Source of the DNA: Octopus bimaculoides
Taxonomy: Eukaryota
Direction of reading: 5' to 3'
DNA: 64,000 nucleotides
Assembly (NCBI RefSeq): GCF_001194135.2
Contig: NC_068984.1
Coordinates: forward strand, 98,309,695 to 98,373,694
Every line of letters starts with the position of its first letter. The first letter of the stretch is position 1. Of this stretch, positions 49,003 through 57,703 are shown piece after piece. Position numbers and translations under genes: made by a program. Under the pieces are notes generated by a model. That model was not told where the DNA came from and did not search any database. It was given only the letters and a program-made list of their open reading frames with translations.

Positions 49003-50623
49003 CACACACATACACAATGGCTTCTTTCAGTTTCTGTCTACCAAATCCACACATAAGGCTAAGACCTAGGCTATAGTAGAAGACACTTGCCCAAGGTGCT
49101 GCACAGTGGGATTGAACCTGAGACCAGAAGGTTGGGAAGCAAGCTTCTTAACCACACAACTAATGCCTGCGCCTATCAAAGGGATTGAGGTGCCTGTAAA
49201 TATATCAGAAATGTGTGTGTGTGTGTGTGTAGCAATTTGTAAAGACTAAGAGTTTTTGTTTGGTAGTTACCTTCAGAGAATCATTCCAGTACTTAATCAC
49301 TGTTAGATGCTCATCTTGCTGACAATTATCTAGCACCACTTCATCATTAGGTGATTCACCTCTGATGGTCTATGTGGGTAGTAATACAATAGGGCCCAAC
49401 CGGAAGAAATATCATTTGCGTACATTTGAGGACAGTTTGTTGATTGGGTCCCGCTGATTGCAAAACCGTGGCAGTAGCTGAGACGACAGAGCATCAGATT
49501 AAATCCTTTACAGTAACTTAATCTCGATCTAAGTTCAAAACCTGTCCAGGTTGATTGTACCAATCCTCTTTCCAGGGTCGATAGCAAAAAGATTAGAGAT
49601 ATATTGAGAACTGATTAGATCAACTATACTAGTTTCAAGATAACGAGGGAGACTCTACTTCATAATTCGACGTGCAAAAAATAGCAACTAAATCTCTCTC
49701 AAATATAGTCGTACTGTCATAAGGAAAGAAAGTTTACAATCGACAATGTAGATCGGCACTGTCATGGTATTAGCTGTCAGTAGCCAAAGAATCAACTCAA
49801 ACCAGCAGTAACGTTCCTTGTCAGATTTTTCTACTTTCACTTCTGACAGCTAATACCATGACAGTGCCTGTACATCTAGACTTTATATAAGATGTTATAG
49901 TTTAGGCTGGAACCCTTCATTTCTGTAGATTATCCGGCCCAACAGTCTGTGGGGGGGGGGGGGGAGATGTTTTTATTACGGCTGGGTTCCAGATGTAAGG
50001 CTTTTAACAAATCTTAGTTACAAGAAATTAGAACTATGTTTCAAACGTATGAACATTAATCGGTGTGATGATTACATCATCTATGTTTTTATTAAGTGTT
50101 AAATATTATTTTATCTATTCTATTATATTACATTTTGTGAATAAATAGTAACACTAACCGAAAGTATTAAAAGACTGTTTCCTATGTGTGTGTACACATA
50201 CACATTATTCTTTTAGTGGGTTCATTCATTAAACGGTGGCTATACATGGGGCACGGCATTCAGTGGTGAAGACGATCATATCCAATCACTTGTATTACAG
50301 CAAGATGAAAAGAATAAAGGGATTTGAACTCACAAGTAAAAAGCTCGAAACCAAAGCTACTCTCGATTCAGTCATTCACTCCAGTATATGCATTACGCAA
50401 GCACAAAATATCAAAAGCCAAACGTGATAGTCATACTGAAGTAACCGTTATCAATAAATATAAAATACATTAACGATGTAAACAGAGATACACTAACCTG
50501 GGGTTGGTAAACAACTACAGAATTACAAGATCCAAAGCAAATACAGCCATTCTTGCCCCAGTCTGCCACATGAGGTGTGCTATTACAGCCAGCACTGATA
50601 TATTTCGTAACAACATCCACCAT
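1510..50623 (-). CDS. ELP2: Elongator complex protein 2 (WD40 repeat), whole gene span, 20 coding exons, 834 aa
   Basis: Manual splice reconstruction: 20 GT-AG bounded exons summing to 2505 nt with consistent phases and no internal stops. Peptides match remembered ELP2 motifs ([82 protein letters not shown]). Confidence 0.97.
1670..3003 (-). other. U12-type (minor spliceosome) GT-AG intron, ELP2 intron 19
   Basis: Donor GTATCCTTT (3003-2995) matches the RTATCCTTT consensus. TTTCCTTAT (1687-1679) resembles the U12 branch site, with the branch A about 10 nt from the AG and no long polypyrimidine tract. Confidence 0.82.
3004..3102 (-). CDS. ELP2: ELP2 exon 19 ([32 protein letters not shown])
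   Basis: Acceptor attgcag, donor GTATCCTTT (U12-type); 99 nt, phase 2 to 2; resembles the remembered ELP2 segment YVVAVGLECGKICLYTW. Confidence 0.88.
3984..4340. repeat. Compound (TG)/(TA) low-complexity tract
   Basis: Direct reading; source of the spurious CVCVY ORFs. Confidence 0.9.
4401..4550 (-). mobile_element. Penelope-like GIY-YIG endonuclease C-terminal remnant
   Basis: [48 protein letters not shown] resembles the H...H.G...IL.KH..DP..RQI.E.V.I....LN end of PLE endonucleases. Confidence 0.45.
4882..5006 (-). CDS. ELP2: ELP2 exon 18 ([41 protein letters not shown])
   Basis: Acceptor tatttag, donor GTAAGT; 125 nt, phase 0 to 2; V..W and SVTAV motifs. Confidence 0.9.
8140..8261 (-). 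CDS. ELP2: ELP2 exon 17 ([41 protein letters not shown])
   Basis: (CT)n tract acceptor ctctcag, donor GTGAGT; 122 nt, phase 1 to 0. Confidence 0.95.
8739..9923 (+). mobile_element. RTE LINE 3' UTR with expanded 62-bp tandem array spanning a 589-N gap
   Basis: Unit starts at 8806, 8868, 8930, 8992 (62-bp period), one more unit after the gap, then the family 3' end and (GAT)n. Confidence 0.85.
9013..9601. other. Assembly gap (589 N)
   Basis: N run inside the 62-bp array. Confidence 0.99.
10221..11669 (-). mobile_element. Non-autonomous Helitron carrying a PIF1-type helicase fragment and a (CT)n tract
   Basis: Minus strand: 5' A|TC at 11669 (alternative TC at 11681); 3' degenerate GC hairpin then CTAG|T at 10221. 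Peptide [39 protein letters not shown]...[10 protein letters not shown] (about 10855-11050) matches the RepHel helicase consensus CNGTRL...IEATI.TG...GE.V.IPR...QFPVR. Confidence 0.85.
11275..11347. repeat. (GA)n microsatellite
   Basis: Direct reading; other long SSRs include (TA)n at 2349-2387, 48296-48349, 48945-48998, 59563-59604, 63880-63922 and (AAT)n at 30518-30552, 53065-53102. Confidence 0.97.
11803..11983 (-). CDS. ELP2: ELP2 exon 16 ([36 protein letters not shown]...[17 protein letters not shown])
   Basis: Acceptor cattttcag, donor GTTAGT; 181 nt, phase 0 to 1. Confidence 0.94.
12775..12905 (-). CDS. ELP2: ELP2 exon 15 ([44 protein letters not shown])
   Basis: Acceptor atcttcag, donor GTAAGG; 131 nt, phase 1 to 0. 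Confidence 0.96.
14908..15061 (-). CDS. ELP2: ELP2 exon 14 ([26 protein letters not shown]...[11 protein letters not shown])
   Basis: Acceptor cttttcag; donor GTTGGT chosen because it gives the phase 1 required by exon 15; 154 nt. Confidence 0.9.
15700..15894 (-). CDS. ELP2: ELP2 exon 13 ([20 protein letters not shown]...[21 protein letters not shown]...ELKNK)
   Basis: Acceptor ttctgcag, donor GTAAAT; 195 nt, phase 0 to 0. Confidence 0.96.
15955..16870 (-). mobile_element. RTE LINE 3' fragment
   Basis: End of ORF2 plus repeat-bearing 3' UTR and ATC/GTC tail; contains a 9-N gap. Confidence 0.88.
17073..17228 (-). CDS. ELP2: ELP2 exon 12 ([52 protein letters not shown])
   Basis: Acceptor attatcag, donor GTAAGG; 156 nt, phase 0 to 0. 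Confidence 0.95.
17430..18440 (+). mobile_element. Decayed DD34D mariner
   Basis: [49 protein letters not shown] spread over frameshifted ORFs. Confidence 0.85.
18686..20370 (+). mobile_element. RTE-clade LINE 3' half (RT, 3' UTR, GAT tail)
   Basis: ORF 18854-19108 ([26 protein letters not shown]) is homologous to the other copies; family tail at 20355-20370. Confidence 0.9.
22762..22884 (-). CDS. ELP2: ELP2 exon 11 ([41 protein letters not shown])
   Basis: Acceptor ttttgtag, donor GTAAGT; 123 nt, phase 0 to 0. Confidence 0.96.
23853..23953 (-). CDS. ELP2: ELP2 exon 10 ([34 protein letters not shown])
   Basis: Acceptor ttttccag, donor GTAAAA; 101 nt, phase 1 to 0. Confidence 0.95.
24455..27285 (+). 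mobile_element. RTE-clade LINE, 5'-truncated and decayed (APE endonuclease, RT, 3' UTR, GAT tail)
   Basis: Broken ORFs with [23 protein letters not shown] (APE) and [33 protein letters not shown] (RT); ends gttaaacgatgatgacgatgat. Confidence 0.93.
28079..28174 (-). CDS. ELP2: ELP2 exon 9 ([32 protein letters not shown])
   Basis: Acceptor gttcatag, donor GTATGT; 96 nt, phase 1 to 1; not in the ORF track. Confidence 0.93.
30927..31094 (-). CDS. ELP2: ELP2 exon 8 ([24 protein letters not shown]...[13 protein letters not shown])
   Basis: Acceptor tgtttag, donor GTATGT; 168 nt, phase 1 to 1. Confidence 0.93.
33437..33503 (-). CDS. ELP2: ELP2 exon 7 ([22 protein letters not shown])
   Basis: Acceptor ttattccag, donor GTAAGC; 67 nt, phase 0 to 1; SL.GH.DW motif. 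Confidence 0.93.
33982..34046 (-). CDS. ELP2: ELP2 exon 6 ([22 protein letters not shown])
   Basis: Acceptor ttttcag, donor GTATGT; 65 nt, phase 1 to 0. Confidence 0.9.
34188..36900 (-). mobile_element. RTE-clade LINE, decayed, same family, opposite orientation
   Basis: ORFs with [39 protein letters not shown]; (ATC)n tail on the left. Confidence 0.93.
37485..37565 (-). CDS. ELP2: ELP2 exon 5 ([27 protein letters not shown])
   Basis: Pyrimidine-rich acceptor ending ggtcag, donor GTAAGT; 81 nt, phase 1 to 1. Confidence 0.9.
37725..38170 (+). mobile_element. Old, highly diverged RTE LINE 3' fragment
   Basis: [22 protein letters not shown] is homologous to [22 protein letters not shown] in the 34188-36900 copy. 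Confidence 0.65.
40043..40226 (-). CDS. ELP2: ELP2 exon 4 ([61 protein letters not shown])
   Basis: Acceptor catttcag, donor GTAAGC; 184 nt, phase 0 to 1; GH...DSTVKVW WD repeat. Confidence 0.93.
42150..42560 (+). mobile_element. Hero-like (R2/NeSL group) non-LTR retrotransposon RT remnant
   Basis: YY...MRFT...[25 protein letters not shown], then [28 protein letters not shown]; motif recognition from memory. Confidence 0.7.
42564..42975 (+). mobile_element. tRNA-derived SINE family B with internal (TG)n
   Basis: ggtgtaggcatggctgtgtagtaagaagc...ggcaagtgtcttctactatagc...gaaactgaaa...(TG)n...gaataagtactaggc...gactgaaacaagtaaa. Related copies near 20785-20950(+), 32985-33150(-), 44360-44545(-), 49010-49175(-), 59290-59560(+). 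Confidence 0.8.
43125..43620 (-). mobile_element. Young 5'-truncated RTE LINE 3' end
   Basis: CpG-rich; near-identical to the reverse complement of 9660-9900; (ATC)n tail. Confidence 0.88.
44038..44108 (-). CDS. ELP2: ELP2 exon 3 ([24 protein letters not shown])
   Basis: Acceptor atcatcag, donor GTAACT; 71 nt, phase 1 to 0; not in the ORF track, found by reading. Confidence 0.9.
45680..47003 (-). mobile_element. Full-length Tc1/mariner element, DD41D (rosa/Visitor-like) transposase pseudogene
   Basis: TA-flanked ~28-bp TIRs (cagggtagggcataaagatc / cagggtgggacataaagatc). ORF motifs DEAHFH.NG..NKQN, V.VWCA...[34 protein letters not shown]; frameshifted. Confidence 0.9.
47020..47245 (-). mobile_element. 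Jockey/CR1-like RT fragment
   Basis: IKIFEKFLL...[14 protein letters not shown]...IAFE*KKKYC resembles RT blocks KIFEK / QFGFR..HST. Confidence 0.55.
47830..48000 (+). repeat. Unclassified dispersed repeat (family C)
   Basis: Core agc(a)gccaaatctccctcaaa(t/c)cacac...cattggataatg recurs near 1170, 6700, 12400, 15470, 41200, 49680. Confidence 0.6.
48068..48167 (-). CDS. ELP2: ELP2 exon 2 ([33 protein letters not shown])
   Basis: Acceptor ttttcag, donor GTTTGT; 100 nt, phase 0 to 1; HxxRVNCVRW WD motif. Confidence 0.92.
49755..49868. mobile_element. 114-bp MITE with perfect 26-bp TIRs
   Basis: ggcactgtcatggtattagctgtcag and its exact reverse complement; flanks tgtagatc / tgtacatc (8-bp TSD, 7 of 8 match). 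Confidence 0.8.
50498..50623 (-). CDS. ELP2: ELP2 exon 1 ([42 protein letters not shown])
   Basis: ATG in aaacagcATGG context; donor GTTAGT; 126 nt, ends phase 0. Confidence 0.93.
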
Positions 50624-50920
50624 GCTGTTTCTTAAACGGTGTCATGCGATGTGTTATCTGCTTAAATTTTATTCCGGATAATGTTATTGTGACATTTCAC
50701 GTGGTCGCTCAAATAGCAATCAAATCTACCTGCACTAAATATGCTAAAACTAACCTGTTTATCAATCTGTCATATCGCAAATTTATTTCTAGTTAGTTTT
50801 TTAATGCACCATACGTTAAACATGCTAACATTAACTTAATTATTTAGTTATAAAAAATTATTGTTTCGATTGATTATAACGATTTCCTCTACAAAATGTA
50901 GATGTGTCACGTCAAAAAAT
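50624..50920 (-). promoter_or_regulatory. Putative ELP2 5' UTR and proximal promoter
   Basis: Directly upstream of the ATG, repeat-poor, visibly more CpG dinucleotides than the introns; CACGTG at 50698-50703 and a TGACGTGA (CRE-like) motif on the minus strand near 50907-50914. Confidence 0.5.
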
Positions 50921-53109
50921 ATTACAAAAATAAAAATTTAAATTTAAAAAATGAGAGTAAAATGTCATGAAATACCTCACTGTATTCTTTCTTCAATATT
51001 CTAAGTTTTCGTCTCACATGAGTAAATTTGACATCCCATCCATTCAGGGCTGTTGCTTTTGTAGTTTTTTTTTGGTCCTTATTGAGCAAACTAAAGGCAT
51101 TCCAAGCATGACCACGCCACCATTTTTTCAAGCAAGACATATCTACAACTCTATAATCTTGTGTATCTTTCCTCTTTTCGATTTTTTGAGTATAATTTAA
51201 GAGAGATTTGACTACTATATCTGACTAGCTAAATGTTCACATATGGACTCCCTCATTGGTTTGATCCATTCAAAGAGTGTACATACCAGTCATATATTGA
51301 TACTTATCCAAACAATTATACAGGTCTCATAAAAAGGAGCACCAAAATATTTGGCCTTCTAAATCTGATTCCATATTGTAATTATGATTTAATAATTTCA
51401 TGACTTGTAAAGTAAATAATGTATTGCCTTACAAGTAACTTGGTCATAAGTTCAAATCTTAGTACTTCTGCTGTACTTCAGGCAAGGTACAATACAATAC
51501 TTACCTTAGCACACCTAACAGTCAAACAGGTTTACCATTGACATGACGAACAAGAAAGATATTCAAATTATCAGACAATATAGAAATGTTCAAAATCATT
51601 GCAGAACATTATATGAACGTTCACATTGACACACACATAGTTAAGCAAGAACACACATGTACACACATTAAAATAAACACAGGCATGCAGAAAAACACCC
51701 AAGTCCCTTGTTGAATCCAATCACTTGACTGCTGCTTATTTTATCAACTCTGGGGAATTATAATGTTAATTTAAACTTAGTACTATTTGAACACAGAATG
51801 CAGAAGAATATCTTTAATACTATAAAGTATTTAATCTACTGATTAAATATTGATTGTGTCAGTTTAGTAATTATATCAGAATCCAATTACATCAACAACT
51901 TCTTCGTAGGTATGTCCTATCACCTTCTTTTCCTTGTACATTTAGTTGTGTGTTATGATTTTATGTTTACTCTCTATTTTTTTTTTTATCATTGTAGTGT
52001 TAAATCTTGTAGCATAATTATCAGTATGATAGCCACATATAATTATGCCCTTCCTTAGGCAATTATAGTTCACTTTATAATCACATCAAAAAACTTTTGA
52101 AAAAATTCATTTGGCATGCTCAGATAAATCATACCAAAAATGATGTCTTCCCTCAGAGAGAATTAATAATGGTTAATAATAATCCTTTCTACTATAGGCA
52201 CAAAGCCTGAAATTTGGGGGAGAGAGATAGTTGATTGCATCGAACCCAGTACTCAAATGGTACTTAATTTATCGACCCCAAAAGGATAAAAGGCAAAGTC
52301 GACCTCAGACCATAAGCATTTCACCTGGTGTGCTAATGATTCTGCCAGTTTACTGCCTTAATAATGATAATTATAAGAACAGCAATAATAATAATAACAG
52401 TTTCAAATTTTGACACAAGGCCTGTTAGTTTGAGGAAAGCAGGCAAGTCAATTACATTGACCTCACTACTGGGCTAGTATTTGATTTATTTCCCTCAAAA
52501 AGATGAAAGACATTGTCAGCCTTGTTGGAATATGAACTTACAATGCAAAAGCTGGAAGAAATGCTGTTGAGCTAATAATTCTGTCAACTTGCCACTTTAT
52601 ATGGTTTCAAACTTTGATACAAAACCAACAATGTCGGTAGGAGGGGTGAGTTGATTATATTGAAACCAGTGCTGGACTGACACTTATTTTATTAACCCCA
52701 AAAGGATAAAAGGCAAAGCTGACCTCATCAGAATTTGAACTCAAAGTAAAGTATAAGAAAAAATACTGCTAAGCATTATGTCTGATGTACTGTTGATCTT
52801 GCCAACTTGCCATCTTAATCAAATTTTCAAATTTAAAATTTTGGTACAAGCTTAGCAGTTTTGAGGGAAGGGTTAAGTCGATTACATCAACTCCAATGCT
52901 CAACTGGTACTTATTTTATCGACCCTGAATGAATGAAAATCAAAGTCGTCCCTGGTGGCACTTGAATTCAAAACACAAACTCGGAAGAAACGTGGCTGAG
53001 GATTTTGTCCAGCATGGTAATGATTCTGCCAACTCACCACCTTAACCTCAAAAAAAAAAAAAAGTAATAATAATAATAATAATAATGATAATAATAATAA
53101 TACTGGCCA

Positions 53110-53990
53110 CCACTGCCCTGATCTGGTAGATTTGCAAGGCCCAAAATTCACTTGTCCATGATGAAAATTACTCCTCCAGTATTGTTTTGACTTCATCTGC
53201 AGAATTCATATTTTGAAGACTGTGGGATAAATGATAATCAGATGGGGCAATGTCCAGCAAATATGGTGGGTGGGGCATTGTTTCCCATTCAAACTGCTCC
53301 AGCCTTTGGAATGTCATCCTCGCTGTGTGTGGCTGAGCATTATCCTGATGGAAGAATACCTTTTGTCTTGAAACCAAAGATAGTCACTTTTCTTCTAGTG
53401 CTGACTTAAGCCGCTCAAGCTACTTGCAGTAGATCTCCTTTGTTATCATTTCGTTTGAGTTTAAAAGTTCAAAGTAGGCTAAACCTTTCATATCTCACCA
53501 AACAGATGACAACACCTTACGTGGGTGGAGACCTTTTTGGTCCAAAAAAGGTTCATTTATGAGGCATGACAACAAAAAAGAACACACATTCACTCTATGG
53601 ATGATTAGACTCAGAAAGTTAGTGAGGAACCCATTGACCCAATTTGCTGACTTTTCCAATGGTACGCAGGTGTTGATGAATGACCAAATCCAAGTTTCTT
53701 TGCTAGTTCCTCAACAGTTACGATGGAATTTTGTTCCACCAGAATTTTCAGGACATCTTCATCAAGCTCTACAGATCTTCCAGGACAAGACTTGTCTTCT
53801 AGGCCATAGTTTCTAGCTTACGCTTATTGTCCAATCCCCATATACTGCATTAATATTCCTTTCACTTTCCGTTGCATTGTTGCCTTTATTGAACTCATAA
53901 ATCAAAATATGCCAAATATGCTCCTTTGTCACTTCCATTATAGCTTTGAAAAAATAACTGTTAAAATCAAACTGCACTCTTCAAAACTTG
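53110..53990 (-). mobile_element. Decayed DD34D mariner
   Basis: Start MEVTKEHIWHILIYEFNKG at 53938; FHQDNAQPH and HPPY..DIAPSDYHL in ORF 53168-53377. Confidence 0.85.
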
Positions 53991-54213
53991 CACTAAGAAT
54001 AAGTACAAGTAAAATTACTACCTGCTTTTATAGCAAGTTGATGTAGGTAGTTTATCCCATTCCCCTCCAACTTTTAGTTCATGCAATCGAAAAATAATGC
54101 ACTATTTATGGGATGACCCATTATATGGCCAACAGACACAGGAAAACTGCCTGTACCTATTTGTGACGAGGGTGATAGAGCAATCTTTGCTTGGACCTGA
54201 CTATCAGTTAGAT

Positions 54214-54447
54214 CAGTCGTTCTCAACTGGGATCCATATAACATTTTGTTGTTAAAATTTATCTGCAATAAATTGGTTATACTTATACAATACACAAAAT
54301 ATATTAACAATTTTTTAAATACAATTCCTAATAATATTTAATTCTAAAAAATTTGATTGGATTTTTTTGAAACATTGTTAGGAACGTCTATCCAAATAAA
54401 ATAGGAATCAAAGGAACCCATAGGTAAAATATAGTTGAGAAACACTG
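54214..54447. mobile_element. hAT-type MITE, 234 bp
   Basis: TIRs cagtcgttctcaact / agttgagaaacactg with a perfect 8-bp TSD AGTTAGAT on both sides. Confidence 0.9.
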
Positions 54448-55337
54448 AGTTAGATCCAGCTTACACTTAATAACAATTGTTTGACATTGAATAAGAGTAT
54501 GGGAAACAGTTTTGTTCCTCTCTACCCATCTCAAGCAGATTCAGTTGATGGTAGTTTGTTACCTGTAAAACTTAATTTAAAATTGACACAACTGTTTGGA
54601 TGCTGATGATTTGGCAAGCCACTGGACATTCAGCCTGTTTTAGCAACAGAACTTTCTGGTGCTGGAAGCAAGCATACACATAAGCACACATGCATGTGCA
54701 TGTAGAAATATACACATATAGATAGATGGAGAGAGAGACATTAAAATCAATTAGCTAAACACAATTAATACAAACATTTCCCCTCTCCTCAGTCACATTG
54801 AGAAATGTACTCACACCTATAAACAGGAGAGAGAGAGGGAGAGAACAAGAAAAACAAATATGTCTGATGTCAACATTTAAGTCACCATTATACCAGTGAC
54901 ACTGAATATGCGGCACTAAAAAGGCTGTGTGAAAACATCTGATACTCATCTTGTAGCATTCTCAGACCTTGAATATCTGAGGGGTTATCAATTAACCCTT
55001 GTTTCATGGTTGCATAGAAGAAATTTCTTAGCAGGACTCCATAGCTAATTACAGGTACAAGAAAGCCCTGAAAGCTGAATTAATAGTTGTTTCTAGAAGG
55101 AATGAACAATGCTAATAACTATTATAGTTTCTAACTTTAGTACAAAGAGGTACCCAAAAGTAACCAGAAACGTTCTCTGTGGGACAAGCCCATTGTAGTT
55201 CAGGCTTCCACTGTTAGAAGCCACTTGATGCAACTCCCAGGCAAAAGTCTGCTGATCAACATCATCAGGTAATATCATACTGCTACATGGTGCATCTTTG
55301 TTTTGTAGTACTTCTCCCCTGTTTGTTGATTTTTACG

Positions 55338-55950
55338 ATGACTGAAATGAAGAAGCTTCATGCTTCCATGAAATTCTGTTTTCTGCAGGAGAAAATGACA
55401 ACTGAAACAGTTGTCATGCCTCAAACAGCGTACAAGGATGCTACCATGATCAAAACACAAGTTTAAGAGTGGTTTTCATGCTTTAGGAATGGTCACTTGT
55501 CACTGACCTCTGAACAAATGAAAATATCATGAGAATTCATGAACTGATCTTGGAGGACTGTTGCTGAACAATTCATAAACTTGTGTCCTGGAGCTCCTGC
55601 TAACGAATTCTGAGCAAGGGTTTGCAAATGAAAAAGAGTTGTAATAAAATTTGTGCTTCGCTTGCTCATAGAAAATCAAAAGCAATCACAACTGAATGCA
55701 TGTTGTGAACTGAAAGAACAGTTGAAAATTGATCCAGACCTTTTTTCTTTGATCATCTCTGGTGACAAAAGCTGGTGCTACAGAATTTGCAGAGGTGGAG
55801 GAGGTGAAGAAAAAATGAAGGAGGCATTAAAAGACATCACTTTGCAAGAGTTCCAGCACTGCTTTGAACAGTGGAAAATGTATTACTTTAAATGGAGAAT
55901 ACTTTGAAGGTGATAAAAGTGTAAACATGTAAAACTAAGTGAATAAGACT
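55338..55950 (+). mobile_element. Internally deleted mariner remnant
   Basis: MKFCFLQEK.TTETV.M, IISGDKSWCY, FQHCFEQWK and GEYFEGDK motifs. Confidence 0.8.
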
Positions 55951-57484
55951 GGCCATATCCAACCCAAATATTCTACCTGTTTTTGGTTCAAGTTGGCCAA
56001 ATCTGGCTTCTCGCATCTACCCTACAATGTCATTTGAAAAATATACAATCACATCATCAAAATCTCAAAGCCACAAGATAATACGAGATTAATTCAAAAC
56101 AATGCGAATAAAAAAGCATCAGATTTGACAAAAAATCTAAATGCTAAAGGGTTAATATATAGTGATGCGGGTCAGTAGGAGGATGTAGTGGGAGGGCATA
56201 GTGGGAGCTTATTTTGGAAGGATATAGTGTTGGAATATACTGGTAGTTTATAGTATGAGGGTATAGTGGGAGTTATACAGTGGGAGGATATATTTGGAGA
56301 TTTTAGTGGGAAAGTAATGTAGAGGGATATAGTTGAAGATTATTATGGGAGATCATAGAACGGTATCCTGAGAGGGTTTAGTGAGAGAATAGTGTGAGAA
56401 AATCACAGAATATATAGTGGAAAGTGTAGTGGGAAATTATCCTGGAAAGATGACAGACAAAATTATCCTGAATGAGATTTGAAGATATCACATAAAGAGG
56501 CATAAGTAAAAAAAGACAAAAGTATTTACTCTTTCCACCAATTCTATAGTAAAATAATAATAATTTTTAAGATAGACTTCAAAACTTAGTATCTATCTTC
56601 AGGCTATGATCATGCCACATCATCATCATGATAATAATGTATGAAATGATGGTGATGAAGATGGTAGTGATGGTGTCGTTATTGTTTGTGGTGGTGGAGG
56701 TGGTGGTGATGATGAAAGATGGCTGCGTTGGGGCTAAAAGTAGTGATGATGGATATGATGAAAGATATGATGCTGAGGAGATAATGATGATAAGAAAGAC
56801 AAGGAAGAGTGGAAGGAAGTGCAGATGATAAACACAATGACATTGTGTCCACAACTGCATCAATTACTACCAGCAAAAACAGAAGCCATAACTGAGAGAG
56901 TGAAAGAGAGAAAAAGAGAAAGAAAGAAAGGGGGAGAGAAGAGGGAAAATGGAAAGAGAGGAGGAGAGAGAGAGAGAAAGTGTAATCTGATCTGAGTTGT
57001 CAGCTTTCATATTATTTCCTGTCACTTGTTGCATGTAGACATTAATTAGTGAAGAAAGAGTTAATTAGAACTCTTTCTTAATCTCACATTGAATAATTTC
57101 CAATTCTAAGCTGACTCCGAAAGATTTTCACCATTATTACCATTGATCAACTTTCCTCTCTGTCTGTTTGTATGTCTGTCAGCCTGTGTCACTTTGTCTG
57201 TCTGCCTATCTGTCTGTCTCTTTCTCTCTCTCTCCCTCTTTCTCTATTTATCTAGCTATCTATTTCTATCTCTACCACGCTCTAACCTCTCTCTATCTTT
57301 CTCTCTCCCCCACTCTCTCTCTTTCATTCATCTTCACTCAACCACAGAAATAAATGAGAAATTATCTCTTATATAATCCATTTCTTGTGTTGGAAGCTAC
57401 AAGGAATTCTTGTGGCCTCAATAGTGAGAGCTTTAGAGATCAAGCAAGTTGTGCCTGGCTGATCCAGTTTCTTATTTCTTTATT

Positions 57485-57703
57485 GCCCACAAGGGGCCAA
57501 ACATAAAGGGGACAAACAAGGACAGACAAAGGGATTAAGTTGATTACATTGACCCCAGTGCGTAACTGGTACTTAATTTATTGACTCCGAAAGGATGAAA
57601 GGCAAAGTCGACCTCGGCGGAATTTGAACTCAGAACGTAACGGCAGACGAAATATCTCTAAGCATTTCGCCCGGCGTGCTAACGTTTCTGCCAGCTCACT
57701 GCC
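57485..57703 (-). mobile_element. SINE family A, youngest-looking copy (CpG-rich)
   Basis: Minus strand ggcagtgagctggcagaaacgttagcacgccgggcg...gagttcaaattccgccgaggtcgactttgcctttcatcctttcgg. Confidence 0.85.
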
